Assembly (NCBI GenBank): GCA_035517955.1
Contig: DATIYC010000200.1
Span: forward strand, 10,398-74,397
Length of the DNA stretch: 64,000 bases
From: Candidatus Acidiferrales bacterium
GTDB taxonomy: Archaea > Thermoproteota > Bathyarchaeia > 40CM-2-53-6
Reading direction: 5' to 3'
Within the stretch, counting starts at the first letter, position 1. Every line of letters starts with the position of its first letter. Shown piece after piece: positions 9,484-19,219 of the stretch. The notes beneath the pieces were generated by a model. That model made no database searches. It was not told where the DNA came from and saw only the letters and a program-made list of their open reading frames with translations. A program made the translations under genes and the position numbers.

Positions 9484-9545
9484 ACTGATCAGCTTGAATT
9501 TTCGCTACAAGGCTCTGCGCGTTCTATTTATTGTTGATGGAACCG

Positions 9546-10106
9546 TCACAGCTTCCTTGGGGGAGCTTGGGGCATGTTCTTTACTTCGATCATTTTCGCT
9601 GCCCCCTGTTTCATGAGAGCTTCAGCGTTCTGACTCGGGATCGAGCCTACATCTTCCTTTTTGTAAGGACCATATATCCTCAGATCAGTACCGACAATCT
9701 CCGGAATGTCTTCCAGGAATCGGACGATCGACAATGTAACTCTATCTTGTTCTGCTGGAACAGCCTTAGTCTCAGGCGAGGTGTCTGTCGGCTTCAAAGA
9801 TTCGTTCAGGTTTTTCACCAGTTTTTTTTCGTCTTCTGTCAGTGCTTCTGTGTTGATTTCGATTCCATCTCTTGCCGCTGTTATGATTTTTCTGGTTCTA
9901 GCTTCCTTGAGTTCCTGAAAGAGGCGATTTGCTACCTCTTTTTCTCTTTGGTTGAGTTGGCTTTGCAAGGTTGGGGAGTCGGATGACTGCGTGCCGTCGA
10001 GTCCTCTGAGGTAGTTTTCAGTTCGTCGGTAGAAGTCTTGCGGCAAGGGTTGCGGGAGAGTGAAGGTTTTCTCGTTTTTCCATGCTTTGTAAAGGTCTAC
10101 GTACAA
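9546..10106 (-). CDS. GINS subunit (Gins51/Gins15-like)
   Basis: 186 aa, helical and acidic. Immediately upstream of priS (2-nt spacer), the known Gins15-PriS arrangement. The family call rests mainly on context. Confidence 0.55.
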   Translation of the reverse strand: MYVDLYKAWKNEKTFTLPQPLPQDFYRRTENYLRGLDGTQSSDSPTLQSQLNQREKEVANRLFQELKEARTRKIITAARDGIEINTEALTEDEKKLVKNLNESLKPTDTSPETKAVPAEQDRVTLSIVRFLEDIPEIVGTDLRIYGPYKKEDVGSIPSQNAEALMKQGAAKMIEVKNMPQAPPRKL

Positions 10107-10108
10107 GC

Positions 10109-11392
10109 TTAGAACACCGGGTATGCGACACCTTTTGCTATTAGCAGCATCGCTGCTGCCAGTGGCAATTGAACTTTCTCGTCAACAAATGGACCGAAGG
10201 TTTGATTCCGTATTCTCATTTGCGGGGCTTCAGTTACCAGGACGTTCTGGGTTCCCTCAAATACTGCAGGTTGATCAAATGGGTCGAATTCTTCGAGGCC
10301 TTCTAACTCCACCGAGGATGCTTTGAGCCCAGTCTTCCCGTTCAAGGTCCCAGGCATTCGAATCAGTCTGTGGATGTCGGTAGTGACGACGGTGTCTATC
10401 TTTGCTGGCAGGGCTACGAGGCTCATGGCTTTGTCGAGAATGTTTCTCCAAGCTTCCTCATTTATTCGCCACTTATCTTGGAAGGAGCTCCAGAGCATTT
10501 TCTTCGACCACTCCTCCTTGATTCTCTCGCGTTCGCTTATAATCTGGGCTGCAGCTCCTTTCGTGAAACCTAATTCTACGAGTCGGTTCTGTTGCCACTC
10601 TGTTAAAATCTGGTAGACACCTTTTGCCAGTCTTCCTCTCCAGCCTGGGTCGGTTAATTCCGGTCCGACGATTATCGAGTGTTTGTTGTCAAATAGATCC
10701 TGGTATAGGCCTTGTTCTGCGGGGTCTAGGCCCAGGGCCATAACATAGTCTACTATCTCCTTTCGTTGTACGTCGTCGAGCGTTTTCAATGTGTCAGAAA
10801 CTACGTGCAGGTGGTAACCTCTATGACCTGAAAAGAAGAGGTGCATTTCGTTGGATTTGATACCGAAATCCTGTGATAGAAACTCCCTCAGTTTGAAAAC
10901 TTCTTCCTTGGCGGCGATTAGGCATTGGTCGCATAGCCAGGCCTTCTCCTCTAGTTTCTCAAAGCCGCACTTGGGGCATTTGGCTGGTTTTGTTCCTCGT
11001 CTAGTTTCTTTACAATTAGTGCAAACCCACATGTCATGTGTTTCCTTGCACGGAGTGTCAATATGGTCGGCGTCAACGTCAAAAACCACGTCGGACCCTA
11101 ACCATCCCTTCTGTTCCATCTCTAAGTCGGGACGTTCGTAGTATGCAGTCGAGTAGTAGACGTCCGAAGGAATCAGGGATAGTAGAGAGTTGTTGAATAG
11201 GCTGAAATCCTGGAACGCTTTGTGCCTTACCATCACTCGTTCCTTAAACAGCAGAAACCCAAACTCGCGTTCCTTCATTGCGATGGGAGGTTTGAGGGAT
11301 GCTGCGTTGGCCTTGTAGTATTCCTGGAATTTTCGCTTCAAGAATTCGAACCGTTGATTTTGAGCGTTCGTCTGCAAAACATCCCTCACCAC
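10109..11392 (-). CDS. priS: DNA primase small (catalytic) subunit PriS
   Basis: 427 aa. Catalytic 'VVFDVDADH' and zinc knuckle 'CTNCK....CPKCG'. Confidence 0.85.
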   Translation of the reverse strand: MVRDVLQTNAQNQRFEFLKRKFQEYYKANAASLKPPIAMKEREFGFLLFKERVMVRHKAFQDFSLFNNSLLSLIPSDVYYSTAYYERPDLEMEQKGWLGSDVVFDVDADHIDTPCKETHDMWVCTNCKETRRGTKPAKCPKCGFEKLEEKAWLCDQCLIAAKEEVFKLREFLSQDFGIKSNEMHLFFSGHRGYHLHVVSDTLKTLDDVQRKEIVDYVMALGLDPAEQGLYQDLFDNKHSIIVGPELTDPGWRGRLAKGVYQILTEWQQNRLVELGFTKGAAAQIISERERIKEEWSKKMLWSSFQDKWRINEEAWRNILDKAMSLVALPAKIDTVVTTDIHRLIRMPGTLNGKTGLKASSVELEGLEEFDPFDQPAVFEGTQNVLVTEAPQMRIRNQTFGPFVDEKVQLPLAAAMLLIAKGVAYPVF

Positions 11393-11507
11393 CCACTCTT
11401 CGTTAACAGTCGATCATTATTTTCAGCACGATTGTGCGGATATATCTTTGCGTCGCTCAGTTCATAAGTCTGTGCGGGAAATCCATCGTTCCTGCGAGCG
11501 TATTCTT

Positions 11508-11822
11508 ATGAGCGAAGGGTTTGTTAACGTTGGCCGAATTGCCGATTTCCCTGATGGTTCACTGAAGAAGATTGTTACGGGTGGGGAGGAGGTGTTGATT
11601 GCATGCCAGGGTGGCAAATTGTACGCGATCTCGAACAGTTGCACCCACCGTGGCGGACCATTAAATGAGGGTGAGCTTGAGGATGGGAAAGTTGTATGCC
11701 CTTGGCATGGAGAACAATTTGACATTGCTAGCGGGAAAGTAGTCAGCCCTCCGCCAATGAAAGACGCAGCATGTTACGAAGTCAGAGTTGACGGTACTAA
11801 CGTGCTTCTAAAGAAAAAATAA
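11508..11822 (+). CDS. Rieske [2Fe-2S] ferredoxin
   Basis: 'CTHRGGPL' and 'CPWHG' Rieske motifs. The ORF opens at 11448, but ATG 11508 (MSEGFVNVG) gives the usual length. Confidence 0.8.
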   Translation: MSEGFVNVGRIADFPDGSLKKIVTGGEEVLIACQGGKLYAISNSCTHRGGPLNEGELEDGKVVCPWHGEQFDIASGKVVSPPPMKDAACYEVRVDGTNVLLKKK

Positions 11823-11832
11823 TAGAAAGCTC

Positions 11833-14223
11833 CTAACTGAGCTTCTTTCTCGCTATGGCCATAGCTAAGAGCGAAAGCACTACTGCACCAATAATTATGG
11901 CAACCAACCTTTCGTCTGTAAATGTCAACACGTAGACCGGTGCTACCGTCTTTGGCCCATCTATCACAACCGTGCTCGGAATTGTTGAACTGTTACTATT
12001 GACCCAATATGCGAGAGTATACTGAGCCCCAAGAAAACCAAGCGGTCCAGGTACCGCGACGCGTTCTGGTGCCGTCAAGGTCACGGTGCTGTTCACCTCG
12101 TGCCAACCCCCACCAGAGGTCGGACCGTACGCGGAATTGATAGTGAGCAAATAGTCGATGCTGTAGTTCAACGCCCTCAACGAGTTACCTTTGACGCTAA
12201 ACCCATTCATGTCAAGATCGTATTTCGTGTTTTGCGTCCCTTGTGTGGATTGTACTGGGGTGACGAATATGGTTGATCGTTTAGGAAAGTAGTATGAGAA
12301 CCAACCGTCGTTGGCTAGCGTGAATGTCGCGTTAGTTGCGCTGAGGAACCTTTGCGTGGTATTTGCCGCAAGCGGAAGTGCCGTTTCCGGAGCGAACACC
12401 GTCAATCTGTAGAATCCAGTGGCGGTTCTAGCGTCGAGTTTTCCAAATCCCCAGGTCGCGGAGCCCTCAACTAGGAGACCTGTATTGGCGTCGAGCCTGG
12501 CGGTCTGCCGGAGTATTGCCGGAACATCCGTTGCAATCAAGCTCGGATCGTATTGGAGCATTAGTGCGATAACGCCAGTCACATGGGGTGCAGCCATGCT
12601 CGTTCCAGCCAGAACCCTGTGATATCTGTCAGGATCGCTCGAAGAGGAAGGAATAACGCTTGACCTGTCGGAAACAATGTCTGCCCCGGGTGCGACGATA
12701 TCCGGCTTTACCTGTCCATCCCTCGTTGGGCCCAACGAGCTGAACGAAGCAAAGGTTCCAACCGTCCCGCCTGACCCATACGTCTGTCCATCCAACCCTT
12801 TCCAAGATGTCTTGGTAACGTATGCTCCGACTGTTACAACATTCTTTGCTGTACCTGGAATACCAATTGTATCGTGTGAGTCAATTTTGTAGCCGTCTCC
12901 TGGGAGGAAGTATGAGCCGGGAAATGTGCAGGTCGAAGAGTCTGTCCACGCATCCCATGTCCCCTGTGAGTTAATTTGTTTGCCAGTTAAGCGAATGGTC
13001 CATCCGTTTGACGGAAGAATGTCTGTTGAATTCACCTCGATGTATAGCTCATTTCCATGGCTGAAATAGCCCGTCGTTGCATTGATCTCACCGAACTTAG
13101 CCATTCGCCAGCTCTTCGAAGATTCTACCGGGTAGGTATTACCGTCGGGCGCGGTCAACGAGGCATCAATCTGGTCCCGCGTTGAATACCAAATGTCGAC
13201 TGCTACGTCAACCGTTGTCTGCCTGAGTTGAAGTCCTAAGGACTCTGTTTGTCCTTGGGTTAGTGTTCCCTTTACGTGATCTTGATCTTCAGCGCTGTTG
13301 CCCGCGGCTACGACAATTGGTGTGCCAGCTTTCACGAATACGTCAAGGGCGCGTTCGAACGGGTCAGTGCCATCGTGTGCTCCAATGTTTCCACCAAGAC
13401 TAAGGTTCACAACTGCACGCATCTTGAGTTGAGCTGCTTTGCTGACTATGTAATTGATGCCATCCAGAATCTGTGCTGTGTTGAAGGTCCAACTCGCATT
13501 ATCGCAAACAGGACCACCGCTCTTTACGAAAATAATTCGAGCTGCAGGCGCCACGCCTGTGTAATTGCCAGTCGCCATGCCGGAACTAGTTGCGATTCCA
13601 GCCACATGTGTGCCATGCCCAAAAGTATCAACTTCCGGACATGTTCTAGCTTCTACGTCGCTTGAAGTGCACTCATAGCCATAACCGAATCCCTTCGGTG
13701 TATGACCGGAGACGGTTTGATCCCAGACGTAGAGGATCTTGGTGCTACCGTTCGGGAAGGAAAAGTCGGGATGAGTCGTGTCGATTCCAGTATCAACAAA
13801 CCCGACAATCACCCCAGCGCCAGTTACGTTTCTACCCGCTTGGTCCTTCACGTAGTTCCAAACCTCTGGAGCACCAATGTCGGGAACGCTCTTGTCGAGT
13901 TGAACGCTTAGAGGGTAGGACTTCTCAATTTCCACAAGAAACAGTAGACTCGACATTTCAGATAAGTGGGATGTCTCAGTGTGAACGACTGCAACAGGTC
14001 CTGCAACCGTGGTAACCGCCCCATACTCACCCAATTGCTCAATTTCTGGTTGCGTAAAGGGCGATGAGCTTTCAACCAGAACAGAGATCTCGCCATCGCG
14101 GGAGAATCCGCCCTGAAGAATGACCGGTGCTCGGTCGGGTGGGGGCATTGAGAGAAACGGGGTAATGAATGCCAAGAGCAATGTGGAAGCGACGATGATG
14201 AGCTTTGATAAAGCCACACTCAA
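11833..14223 (-). CDS. Secreted, membrane-anchored subtilisin-like serine protease (S8)
   Basis: 796 aa. N-terminal signal peptide, triad contexts 'VGFVDTGID', 'HGTHVAGI' and 'GTSMAAPHV', and a C-terminal TM anchor with a basic tail. The TTG start overlaps the priL stop (TTGA). Confidence 0.9.
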   Translation of the reverse strand: MSVALSKLIIVASTLLLAFITPFLSMPPPDRAPVILQGGFSRDGEISVLVESSSPFTQPEIEQLGEYGAVTTVAGPVAVVHTETSHLSEMSSLLFLVEIEKSYPLSVQLDKSVPDIGAPEVWNYVKDQAGRNVTGAGVIVGFVDTGIDTTHPDFSFPNGSTKILYVWDQTVSGHTPKGFGYGYECTSSDVEARTCPEVDTFGHGTHVAGIATSSGMATGNYTGVAPAARIIFVKSGGPVCDNASWTFNTAQILDGINYIVSKAAQLKMRAVVNLSLGGNIGAHDGTDPFERALDVFVKAGTPIVVAAGNSAEDQDHVKGTLTQGQTESLGLQLRQTTVDVAVDIWYSTRDQIDASLTAPDGNTYPVESSKSWRMAKFGEINATTGYFSHGNELYIEVNSTDILPSNGWTIRLTGKQINSQGTWDAWTDSSTCTFPGSYFLPGDGYKIDSHDTIGIPGTAKNVVTVGAYVTKTSWKGLDGQTYGSGGTVGTFASFSSLGPTRDGQVKPDIVAPGADIVSDRSSVIPSSSSDPDRYHRVLAGTSMAAPHVTGVIALMLQYDPSLIATDVPAILRQTARLDANTGLLVEGSATWGFGKLDARTATGFYRLTVFAPETALPLAANTTQRFLSATNATFTLANDGWFSYYFPKRSTIFVTPVQSTQGTQNTKYDLDMNGFSVKGNSLRALNYSIDYLLTINSAYGPTSGGGWHEVNSTVTLTAPERVAVPGPLGFLGAQYTLAYWVNSNSSTIPSTVVIDGPKTVAPVYVLTFTDERLVAIIIGAVVLSLLAMAIARKKLS

Positions 14224-15305
14224 TTCCTCTGCTTTCGAGGCGGTTCGCGATAGTTACGGTACCTCTCTTGGCGGAGTAGGAATCTGGCTTTTCTTCTGTA
14301 GTAGGTCAGGGGGTGTGTTATTGTGGCGCATAATTCGTCTGGGTTCACGCATACGCCGTGGGTTCGCATGGTGGCGCAGTTGGGGGCTGTGTATTGTCTT
14401 CTTGACCCGCGTTTCCCGGCAATATGCTCAACCTGGTATCGTGCTATTTGCTCGTCAAAATCGGTAAATGCCTTGAACATTTTGAGAAGCTCCTCCTCAT
14501 TTGTACCGATGTTTAACAGGAATGCGGCCATCGCAAACCTGCCCATGTGCGATATGTGTTTGCTTGTTTGGAGGAGGCTGAGTAGGTTCCTCATGCAGGG
14601 CGGCATCGCAGAGGCCATCGCGGCGTGCGGCATCTCGTCGCTGGCCAATCGCTGAGATCGTGCCTTCAACATTGACCTCAATGGCTCAACACGTTGCTCA
14701 AGCTCAGTTGGCAGAGTTAGGTTCAGGTCGACAGTTTTCTCTAAAACCCTGGCCTGAACCTCCTCCTCGAGAAGCCTAGCAAAATCCTCACGGGGCAACA
14801 GAACGTACCCCCCAGAGAGAACACGGTTGACAAGCTTCCACCGCAAGTCATGGATTCTAGCAGAATTTTGCACATAGAATTTGAAATAAAGCGCAAGCTC
14901 GAAATGCGTCTCTCCAACATTTTGCTCGCCGAGTTTGGCATCCCACCCAAAGGATCCTGTAGCTATCTGCAACAGTTTGTCTGGCGCTTCATCGCGAAGA
15001 AGCTCATACGCCCTCTTCGCTTCCGCGAGCGCGTACCGCCGCCGAGTTCTGTCATCGCCTACTGCGCTGATTACCATGAGGGAAGTAGGATAGGCGAGGA
15101 TGTCTACGTCCTCCTGCGTAAGCTCCGATGAGATCTTGCCAGTAAACACCCCCTGCTTGACTCGTTCCATTGCACGCTCAAGAATAGGTAGTAGCTCAGG
15201 GCGGGTCAACTCTACCGGGTCTATGTTACGAGACCGTACGAATTCAGATGCCTCGACTGTGAAGGGGAATTTCGCTAAGTCGAGTTTGGTCAATAGCGCC
15301 TGCAT
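14220..15305 (-). CDS. priL: DNA primase large subunit PriL
   Basis: 361 aa. C-terminal Fe-S cysteine region 'PPCMRN...NCATMRTHGVCVNPDELC'. Confidence 0.85.
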   Translation of the reverse strand: MQALLTKLDLAKFPFTVEASEFVRSRNIDPVELTRPELLPILERAMERVKQGVFTGKISSELTQEDVDILAYPTSLMVISAVGDDRTRRRYALAEAKRAYELLRDEAPDKLLQIATGSFGWDAKLGEQNVGETHFELALYFKFYVQNSARIHDLRWKLVNRVLSGGYVLLPREDFARLLEEEVQARVLEKTVDLNLTLPTELEQRVEPLRSMLKARSQRLASDEMPHAAMASAMPPCMRNLLSLLQTSKHISHMGRFAMAAFLLNIGTNEEELLKMFKAFTDFDEQIARYQVEHIAGKRGSRRQYTAPNCATMRTHGVCVNPDELCATITHPLTYYRRKARFLLRQERYRNYREPPRKQRN

Positions 15306-15368
15306 GCTAGCTCCCCGTCTGCACGAGCACAGAAGGATTGGGGAGCACGATTGCTGGCGTTGATGCTT

Positions 15369-16121
15369 CTACTCCGCCTCTATTCTTGGCGCTAAATAGT
15401 ACAGTAGTTTGCCCTGTTGAGGCATCTCATACTCCAACTTAACGGGCATATTCGTAGAAAATTCCAGCGTAACCAGTTCAGCAGCCGCCGATCCGGCCTT
15501 CGATATTTCTCCAAGATAGTTCAGGTTGAAGGTCGCCTTGCACGGTTCCTTAACGTCAAGTTCAAGCAAAACATCACTTCCCTTCTCTAACTCGATTTTG
15601 GCACCACTCAGTTCGGTAACTGCTTCAGCCGTGAATTTCTCCGGACTGGTTTCGAACCTTACGTTGTCGCTGACAGTTTGAATCTGATCAATTATGTCTT
15701 TGAAACTGGAGCTAATCATCTTGATTCTGGTGTTAAAAGCGATCTTCGGCGTAGGTACCTCTTCATCCCCCGGATCGAGAGTGGGAAGCGTGAAGGTGGT
15801 TCTCCACTTCCCTTTGATTATCATGCTCAGCTTCCGAGTAGTATCGTCATAAGACATTTCCAATGGTTCTTGTCCCGCACCCCTAAGTTTCTTAACAATG
15901 TCCGTAACATTCAACCGTATTTTCGTAGGCTGGAGGCATGTGTATTCTTCGAAAGCGGACTTATTCCATTCGAAATCCACCATGGCGACGTGGGAGGGGT
16001 CCATAGATCGGAGCTTGATGCCTTCCGGAGTAGCATTCACATCAGCCTCCTCGATCAGAGTCGATATAGCAGAGAGCATGTTCCGCCAAAGTCTCGCATC
16101 ACTGATGGTTGCTTTGAACAA
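15369..16121 (-). CDS. pcn: DNA polymerase sliding clamp PCNA
   Basis: 250 aa with the typical archaeal PCNA length and N-terminus (MFKATISDARLWRNML..). Adjacent to priL. Confidence 0.9.
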   Translation of the reverse strand: MFKATISDARLWRNMLSAISTLIEEADVNATPEGIKLRSMDPSHVAMVDFEWNKSAFEEYTCLQPTKIRLNVTDIVKKLRGAGQEPLEMSYDDTTRKLSMIIKGKWRTTFTLPTLDPGDEEVPTPKIAFNTRIKMISSSFKDIIDQIQTVSDNVRFETSPEKFTAEAVTELSGAKIELEKGSDVLLELDVKEPCKATFNLNYLGEISKAGSAAAELVTLEFSTNMPVKLEYEMPQQGKLLYYLAPRIEAE

Positions 16122-16204
16122 GGACTAATCACCGATTACAATAATGCCTAGAGAGTTAGCATTACGCATTTTAATTGAACGGTGCTGGATATCCTGCAGC
16201 GACT

Positions 16205-16528
16205 CTAGGAATTTTCTCTCCAGGTAGTTCCGCAACTAGTGCATCGGAAGAATTGAGTTGACGATTCGTCTGCGCCTCGGGTTTGAACTAGCCAGTAGAA
16301 TGCTTCCTTGTGGCCGCACTTTGGGCAATCAATTTTTGTTTTAGGCAGAGTTCGTATTTTTTGTTCCTCTTTACCAATTACGACTACGTTCTCTTTTTGC
16401 TGCTCCAGTTTCTGCACGGTTCGGTCAGAACGTTTCGTTTCATACCCGCACTTTGGGCAGCTCAATACGACGGCCTTTTGTTTCTTTGTTGGGAGAAGCG
16501 CGAGACCACACTTCGGGCAAAACTGCAC
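16205..16528 (-). CDS. tfs: Transcription factor S (TFS / RpoM-like)
   Basis: 107 aa. N-terminal ribbon 'CPKCG..CPKCG' and TFIIS-type C-ribbon 'CPKCGHKEAFYWLVQTRGADESSTQFFRCTSCG'. Confidence 0.85.
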   Translation of the reverse strand: MQFCPKCGLALLPTKKQKAVVLSCPKCGYETKRSDRTVQKLEQQKENVVVIGKEEQKIRTLPKTKIDCPKCGHKEAFYWLVQTRGADESSTQFFRCTSCGTTWRENS

Positions 16529-16677
16529 TTTTTATCAAAACCTTGCCGGCACAATACCTATCCGGCATTTAAGTATAGGCCTGAAAAGTGGGTCGTTCTG
16601 GCTTAAGTTTTGCGATTATTCCAGAGTTTTGGCTCGTCTAAGTTTTAGCGGTAATTGCTACATTTGAAGTGGTCTCA

Positions 16678-17184
16678 CTATCGAAGCATTCTGGCCGAAC
16701 TTGTAGCCCGGCGCAAAATCACCTCAGCCACCCTTACCGCTTCAGGTATCTTAGAGGACGGGTTACAACAGACCGCAAACAGCCTTTCCGCATCTTCCCC
16801 AGTGACTCCGACTGTGAAAACAGGGACGAAACTCTTGTTGACTCTAAGACGACTGTAGATGGTATCCGAGCTAGGTTTGAGCCTGCTAGCGTGGTGTCCC
16901 AAAATCATTATCACAGGGACATTAACTTCGCTGAATAATTCGAACAACACCTTACTCGGAATTATTTCTTTCGTGGCTAGTATTACTGCATGTAACTGTG
17001 AATACTGCTTGCAATCTCTGATTATCCTTGAGACTAAGGATACACGTTCTTCGCTGTCTTTGATAATTCCGGATACGACTCCATCCAACCAAAGACTCCC
17101 CCTATAGACAACGCCAACCGCCAGGAATCCAAACTTCTTCTCGGCCGCGCTCAAGCCGAGTATTCGGATTTCTCTCTTGAGCAA
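16678..17184 (-). CDS. DUF99/UPF0215 family protein (endonuclease V-like fold)
   Basis: 168 aa. 'ILG...FGFLAVGVVYRGSLWLDGV' resembles the UPF0215 N-terminus. Sits in a conserved archaeal RNA-processing neighbourhood. Confidence 0.5.
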   Translation of the reverse strand: MLKREIRILGLSAAEKKFGFLAVGVVYRGSLWLDGVVSGIIKDSEERVSLVSRIIRDCKQYSQLHAVILATKEIIPSKVLFELFSEVNVPVIMILGHHASRLKPSSDTIYSRLRVNKSFVPVFTVGVTGEDAERLFAVCCNPSSKIPEAVRVAEVILRRATSSARMLR

Positions 17185-17194
17185 GGCAACCCGA

Positions 17195-17566
17195 CTACGA
17201 GGCCTCTAATCGACTTACGGCCAACTTTAGCAGGTCGACCAAACCTGCTTTAGATCCCTCTGGGTTATGAATAATCGTTTGAACACTCTCCTCGACAGAC
17301 AAGAGGTGCGCTCGGTATGCTTCTACGAGGAGAGATTCCGATGCGTTCGCTAGATCCTTCTTTGATATTCGCGTCCCGAGGTAACCGCGAAGACCCGCGA
17401 GCCTGAACGCCTCGGACAGATCTCTATCGCTAATCTTTACACCCTTAGGACGGCCGTTAACTTGTGTCAGCGCGAGTGAGTATACAAAATTAACGAAGGC
17501 GTCGCCCAAACTCGCCAATTGCTTATCGAGCATGACTTGGCGAACGTGGTCTGACTTACTCATCAC
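17195..17566 (-). CDS. RNase III-like domain protein (archaeal, uncharacterised)
   Basis: 123 aa. 'LASLGDAFVNFVYSLAL' resembles the RNase III 'LGDA' signature. A 4-nt overlap with rpoL suggests co-translation. Confidence 0.4.
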   Translation of the reverse strand: MMSKSDHVRQVMLDKQLASLGDAFVNFVYSLALTQVNGRPKGVKISDRDLSEAFRLAGLRGYLGTRISKKDLANASESLLVEAYRAHLLSVEESVQTIIHNPEGSKAGLVDLLKLAVSRLEAS

Positions 17567-17850
17567 GCAGGCCCGACGGCCTTCCCAAACTTATCGTTGA
17601 ACTCTTTGTTGAGATCTTGAATACTCGACAGTGCGCTCAACAGTGTCTTCTCTGGTGACGCATCACGTTTTGTTCGAAGGTAAACTATGCTCGAGCGAAT
17701 GAGTGGGTGCGGCTGATCGTAACCAGCCAGTTCGACGTTCTTGTCCTGAAGCAAGACATTCTGAAGTAGGTTACAGAAGGTGTGATCCTCACCGACAACC
17801 TCAATTCTGAGTTCGTTCCTCGACTTCGACAATACCTTAACTTCAACCAT
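17563..17850 (-). CDS. rpoL: DNA-directed RNA polymerase subunit L (Rpo11)
   Basis: 95 aa. 'GEDHTFCNLL' motif. Confidence 0.8.
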   Translation of the reverse strand: MVEVKVLSKSRNELRIEVVGEDHTFCNLLQNVLLQDKNVELAGYDQPHPLIRSSIVYLRTKRDASPEKTLLSALSSIQDLNKEFNDKFGKAVGPA

Positions 17851-17861
17851 TTCCGTTCCCT

Positions 17862-18437
17862 CTACGCAGGCTTTGCGTAATCTTCTGCAAGCCTTCTCCT
17901 TTCAATGTTTCCGCATGACGGACACTGTAAGCGTCGGTTCGTGAGTTCAAGCACGCCCCCGCATCGCGAACAGAAGGCTTTGATGACACCTAATCCGCGA
18001 CCCGCGGTTGTCAGCTGCGGTATCCTGTTGGTCATGTCAATTACCCTGGCTCTTAGGATGTCCCCCGCCTTGCACACGTCTGACATGCTCCTCTCGTATC
18101 GCGGGCTTGACGAGGAGATGTGGAGCATGGCTGTGAACGGATTCTGGATGGCTTTATCATCAATCTTCCAAATATTCACCGTCGCCATCTTCTCTTGTGC
18201 ATGAATCACGGAAGCTATGACCGTAGCACCCTCTTTCGGTAGCAAGGTTGTCCTCGTGGTTGGTACGACTGTGACTCGTTTGTTCTTCAGGTCAATTTTG
18301 GCTTTTCCAGTGTAATTTGCATAAATCATTCCTTCTATCTCATACGTTCCGCTCCCGGGAAGGAACTGTTCGATGACCCCTATCTTGTCCCCGGGAAGGA
18401 CGGGTTGTACAATTTCACGCACTGCTACTTTACTCAA
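17862..18437 (-). CDS. csl4: Exosome complex RNA-binding protein Csl4
   Basis: 191 aa. S1-like core and C-terminal zinc ribbon 'CSRCGG....CPSCG'. Lies in the exosome/RpoL/Dph2 context. Confidence 0.8.
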   Translation of the reverse strand: MSKVAVREIVQPVLPGDKIGVIEQFLPGSGTYEIEGMIYANYTGKAKIDLKNKRVTVVPTTRTTLLPKEGATVIASVIHAQEKMATVNIWKIDDKAIQNPFTAMLHISSSSPRYERSMSDVCKAGDILRARVIDMTNRIPQLTTAGRGLGVIKAFCSRCGGVLELTNRRLQCPSCGNIERRRLAEDYAKPA

Positions 18438-18571
18438 ACCTCATTCCATCTAACCGCGCAATTACTTTCAACGATCCTATGCGTCCGGCTTTAGTAGCCG
18501 TCGCTTCAGCGCGCCTCAGCACTCGCGGATTTGCGCGAGCCTTAGATCGCTGCCCAGTATATAAGCGCGGA

Positions 18572-19204
18572 TTAGGGCGGGAGAGGCTGACTCAGAATTC
18601 TCAGCACAGAAACGTTCACAAATTTCCTCTTCTTTTGGTGGAAGGCAAACTGATGAGGGATCTCCATTTTAGATGTCAAAATTTCAGACTTGCATTCTTG
18701 CTCTTCCAACCATCGATTTAGAAAAGATCGAGTTGATGACTTGTGAATACTATAGACAACATCGGCAATCTTCAACGCAACATTTAGGAATTTGATGTCT
18801 GCGTGAGGCTCTTTGGTGCCGAAAGGTGGATTCATGATTACCGTATTCACTCGTCCTCGTATACTATTGATATCGGCTAACACCCAGTCAACCTGAACTC
18901 CAAGCATTTTACCTGCCGCTATAGCAACATTTAGGCTCGGTTGATCGATGTCAACTCCAACTACGTACTCAGCCTTTAGCAACGAAGCACCCAGGGCTAG
19001 TCTGCCCGTGCCAGTTCCGAGATCTACGACGCTCTTTCCTTCAATGTCGTCGTAGACATAACCTGCAGAGAACAGCATCTCAGCGGCCAAATCAGCTGGC
19101 ACAGTATACTGTTCTAGGGCAACTCTCGGTTTGGGATGATGGTCGACCCGCTGTAGGGCTATTGCCAAGTCACGTTTGCGAATCTGAATCCGGCGTTGGG
19201 GCAA
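18572..19204 (-). CDS. METTL5-like N6-adenine RNA methyltransferase (COG2263)
   Basis: 210 aa. SAM motif 'VVDLGTGTG' and catalytic 'NPPFG'. Confidence 0.8.
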   Translation of the reverse strand: MPQRRIQIRKRDLAIALQRVDHHPKPRVALEQYTVPADLAAEMLFSAGYVYDDIEGKSVVDLGTGTGRLALGASLLKAEYVVGVDIDQPSLNVAIAAGKMLGVQVDWVLADINSIRGRVNTVIMNPPFGTKEPHADIKFLNVALKIADVVYSIHKSSTRSFLNRWLEEQECKSEILTSKMEIPHQFAFHQKKRKFVNVSVLRILSQPLPP

Positions 19205-19219
19205 AGTGCGCAGCCTTTG

